64,000 nt of DNA, from positions 39,950,422 through 40,014,421 of the forward strand of contig NC_068998.1 of assembly GCF_001194135.2 (NCBI RefSeq). Reading direction: 5' to 3'. This document shows, in pieces, positions 60,458-64,000 of the stretch. Numbering within the stretch: position 1 is the stretch's first letter; the number at the start of each line of letters is the position of its first letter. Made by a program: the position numbers and the translations under genes. The DNA is from Octopus bimaculoides (lineage: Eukaryota). A model generated the notes under the pieces. The model worked only from the letters and a program-made list of their open reading frames with translations, had not been told where the DNA came from and made no database searches.

Positions 60458-61869
60458 CTAACCCCACTTTCCTTCAAAACTGCTACCTAACCAGAAACCG
60501 TTTTACAGAGTTTAAATATTGTCAAAGGAAACTTTACTTTTCATTCCTCTGAGGTCAATAAAAAGTAACCAATACTATGAACAAGTGTCTTACTGTAGGG
60601 GAGATACATGCCTGTGTTAGAAATCATTATTATTGCATTGCAAAGCAGAATAGCATTTATGATAGGTCTGAGTGATAATCCCACCATGTTTGACTTAAAC
60701 GTTCATACTTCTGTGCGTTAACAACACAGGTATTGGTGTAAACTGGAGTCAGTGCACATGATTTGCTCCTCCTCTATAAATTTGTTGCCTTGAGCCAAAG
60801 TCAAAAATATTATTTATATAGATGCTGGCATAGCTGTGTTGCAAAAAGTTTGCTTCTCAACCACATGGTTCCAGTTTCAATTCCAATGCATGGCCCCTTT
60901 GACAAGTGTTTTCTACTATAGCTCTGGGCTTACCAAAGCCTCTTCAGTGAATTTGGAAGATGGAAACTGAGAGAAGCCTACATGTACCTGTGTGTGTGTG
61001 TGTGTGTGTGGTTGTGTTACTGTTGTGCAAGCAGTGTCATTCATTTTCAATATTCTGCAAGAATGTCTGACCATGGGGAAATATTACCTTACTTGGAAAC
61101 ATAAGGGTTTGCAAGAGGAAGGGCCATAAAGCCATAGAAAAATCTGCCTCAATAATCTCTGTCCAACCCATGCAAGCACGGAAAAATGAACATTAAAATG
61201 ATGATGATGGCAATATTGAGTTACAGTGCCATATAATACAGCATTTAGTTTTATCTCTGTAAGTTCAAATCTAACCAGAGTTGATTTCAGTTGTCATCTC
61301 ATCTCAGTTGATAAAATAAACACCATTAATATGGAGGAGCTGATTCAATTGACTGTACTTCTTCCTTCCTCCAAGATTGAATTGCAGGGAACAATAACAA
61401 CTTTCTTAATATAAGAGGTGACAAGAAAGGAAAGGATCTTAATACTTGGTGAACATTCTTACTTTCTTCTTTTTTTCCCCATCTTTCTTTCTCTATCAGT
61501 CTGTCAAGGTTTGAGAGAAGGAGAGTGTGGTGTATATGTGTGTATGAAGTTGGAGATAGAGGAATGATATTGCTTAAAGACTACAGATTGCTGAAATTGG
61601 TTTCATAGCAGTTGGATTGAGGGTGAGAGAGAGAGATAGAGAGAGAGAGAGGGGGAGAGAAAGTACAGACAGGGCACACAAACACAGACACAAGAGGTGG
61701 TGGGGCTGAGAGGAGAAAGTGTGGAATTGAAAATCAGAAACAGAATAGCCAATGTGTATAGGGTTGCACCAACCAAACATCCATGATGTAAACAGCAGCA
61801 GACTCCATTTTACAAGGAATGCTGGGTTAACATTGGGTTTAGGATGGCAATGAGGTGGTTATGATGGTG

Positions 61870-61876
61870 TTAGTAA

Positions 61877-61917
<41 letters not shown>

Positions 61918-62892
61918 ATCATGGCAACCCATAATGATGGTGAAGGTTTAGTTAGTGATAGTTTTATTGATCATGAATGGTGGTGGTGATGGTGAAGGCG
62001 GTGGGAATCTTATCAGATGTAGAGAGGGATTGGGTTGTATAGGAGGAGGTGTCTCTGTGCAAGTAACTGGGTGTGTCTAACTGGTCCCTGTTCTTAGCTT
62101 GAGGCTGGACTGTCAGACAGACTAAGGGAACGGAGGTGGATGGGGATATATATATATATATATTTATCTTATGCATGTGGTGTGATTGTGTAGGTGACTG
62201 GTTGTGTTCAGGATGCTTACTGTTTTGGGTTAGGACTGTGTTTGTCAGAGTCAAGTATTCTGGTGTATGATATTTGTGTGTGTGTCTCTGTGTGTCTGTG
62301 TACATATGTATGGTGTAAATATATGTATGTATTTACACAAACACACGTGTATGTGTGAGTGTGTATCCATTATTGTAATATCAAAATAGTATGTTGCCAT
62401 GTAACCACAAGTTAGCTCTGAATCAGCAGAGCCACGATCAAAGGTGTTCCAGCCATGACCATCCTGTCTATTCGCATTATTTTTATGACATTTTTGAATG
62501 TTTTTCTTTCTGTTTTTAAGACGATGGGGTGTTATTTGAGAGAAATTGGTTGCTATGTCTAGTAGATATAGTCACCATGTGGAGGGTCCCTCATATTTAT
62601 TATATGGTGTATAGATGTATATTCTGGAGAATGTGTGAGTGTCTGTAAAATGTCTGTTATTGACATTGACTGTATGGAGTGTTGATGTGTAAGTATTTAT
62701 GCATGTGCATGTATAACAGTCAGAAGTGGTGCAGTATATAGTCTGGATTTGTATATGCATGTCTGCATTTGAAAAGCAGTAGTTATAGTACATGTCATAA
62801 TGGTAGTGGTGCCTGTATGTTGCATGTTGTGTTAACTGTATAGCATGTTGACGTGCATGTGTTTGTATGTGTGCAGTCTTGTGTGGTGTAGT

Positions 62893-62923
<31 letters not shown>

Positions 62924-63330
62924 GTAGTAATAGTAGTAGTAGTAATAGATGGCAGATGTAGCTGTGTATGTATGCAATGATGTATGTTGTGTGTTATATA
63001 TTATGTATGATGTGATGCATGTTGTTAGTTGTGATGTATGTTTGGCTGTATGATGTGTGATGTGTGATGTGTGTGTGTGATGAGTGTGTGCGTGCACGTG
63101 CGTGCAGTGATGTATGCTATATAACATGTAGTGTGTTAAATGTGATATGAAGACTTTGTGGTGTACATATGCAATGTTGTGTATTGTATGGTGTATAGTA
63201 AGTGTGATGTAATGTATAATGTTTTGTACTGTGTATATTATATACTTAAATGACAGCTTGTGATGTGGTATGGTGTAGGTGGTAGTATATTGTTGTATAG
63301 GTGGTGGTGTAGTTAGGTGTGGCATGTGTC
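61870..63330. repeat. Low-complexity TG-rich block with (TAG)n, (GTT)n and (GATGT)-like degenerate repeats
   Basis: Seen directly; the plus strand is strongly C-poor. Confidence 0.85.
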
Positions 63331-63829
63331 TCTTACACTCTGGACTTCATATAATCTTGTGGTATTATGGTGTAGCAATACCTTAGTCCTTTCCTTTGGT
63401 GTAGTAGTGTTATAGTTATGCTTTTAGTGATTCTAATTCAGTAGATGTAGGATCATTCTCTCCTTTCAAGGCTCTCTAAGACTACATTATCCAACATGGT
63501 TTTTTGTTACATTATATTATTTAAAAAAAATTTTATTTTTGAAACAATAGAATGTAATTTGAGTGAGACTTGGCTGCTATTTCTACCAGATTGAGTGACT
63601 TCTTAGTGGCTCTGTCTTGGATACAACTGGGTATGGTGTGGTGCAGTGTACTGGAGTGTGGTGTGGTGCAGAGAGACGCTTTGTACTTTTATACAACACC
63701 CTATCTAAAGTGTCAATAAAATGTTCAGCAGACATTTTTTTTTTTTCCTTTTATTCTACTTCCTTCATATTTCTTTTTCTCTTTTATCTTTCCTCTTCTG
63801 TCTTCTGTCATCATTTTCCTGCTGCTGAT

Positions 63830-63980
63830 GCTGCCATTATTGTTGTTGTTGTTGTTGTTCTTCTTCTTCTTCTTTTCTTTCTTTTTCCTCTTTCTTCTTT
63901 CTTTCTTTTTTCTTCGTCTTTCTTTCCTTTTTCCTCCTCTTCTTTCTTTCCTTTTCTTTCTTCTTCTTCTTCTTCTTCCC
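63830..63980. repeat. (GTT)n / (CTT)n / polypyrimidine low-complexity tract
   Basis: Seen directly. Confidence 0.9.
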
Positions 63981-64000
63981 CCCCACCTATACTACCTTCT

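Noticed and set aside
62795-63325. 176-aa His/Thr/Tyr-rich ORF, the longest in the track
   Set aside because: It is the antisense of the C-poor low-complexity block and stays open only because of composition.

Overview
AT-rich, microsatellite- and TE-dense eukaryotic DNA. The repeat families and composition point to a coleoid cephalopod, probably Octopus (inference from pattern recall, no database search). None of the supplied six-frame ORFs is a complete host gene; they are microsatellite artefacts, TE fragments or partial overlaps with short exons. Reading splice sites by hand gives three candidate gene structures. (1) A minus-strand gene starts at a YY1/E-box/ETS promoter at about 39.37-39.43 kb and has three phase-consistent short exons (MADTDSGQVEE | NYYVTQISICSIQPRTIKSVAALD | MNDDDYFGTGGLGQIVAKRSK) plus two candidate terminal exons; its product was not recognised. 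(2) The 3' part of a plus-strand gene lies at 0.2-3.9 kb, possibly extending to 20.8 kb. (3) A weaker plus-strand exon chain runs from 40 to 59.5 kb and includes a 10-nt microexon candidate. TE content: a 5'-truncated RTE-type LINE with a Cys-rich PHD-like insert, a complete but decayed Gypsy LTR element nested exactly inside a hAT transposase, a Helitron helicase relic, an R4/Dong-like RLE retrotransposon 3' end, CR1/L2-type tails, three MITE types and several tRNA-derived SINE families, one of them in head-to-tail arrays. The most unusual element is a tRNA-headed short element carrying a decayed minimal hammerhead-ribozyme fold (19.37-19.60 kb). There is a 219-N gap at 52315-52533. All exon calls are unverified predictions, and most repeat boundaries are approximate.
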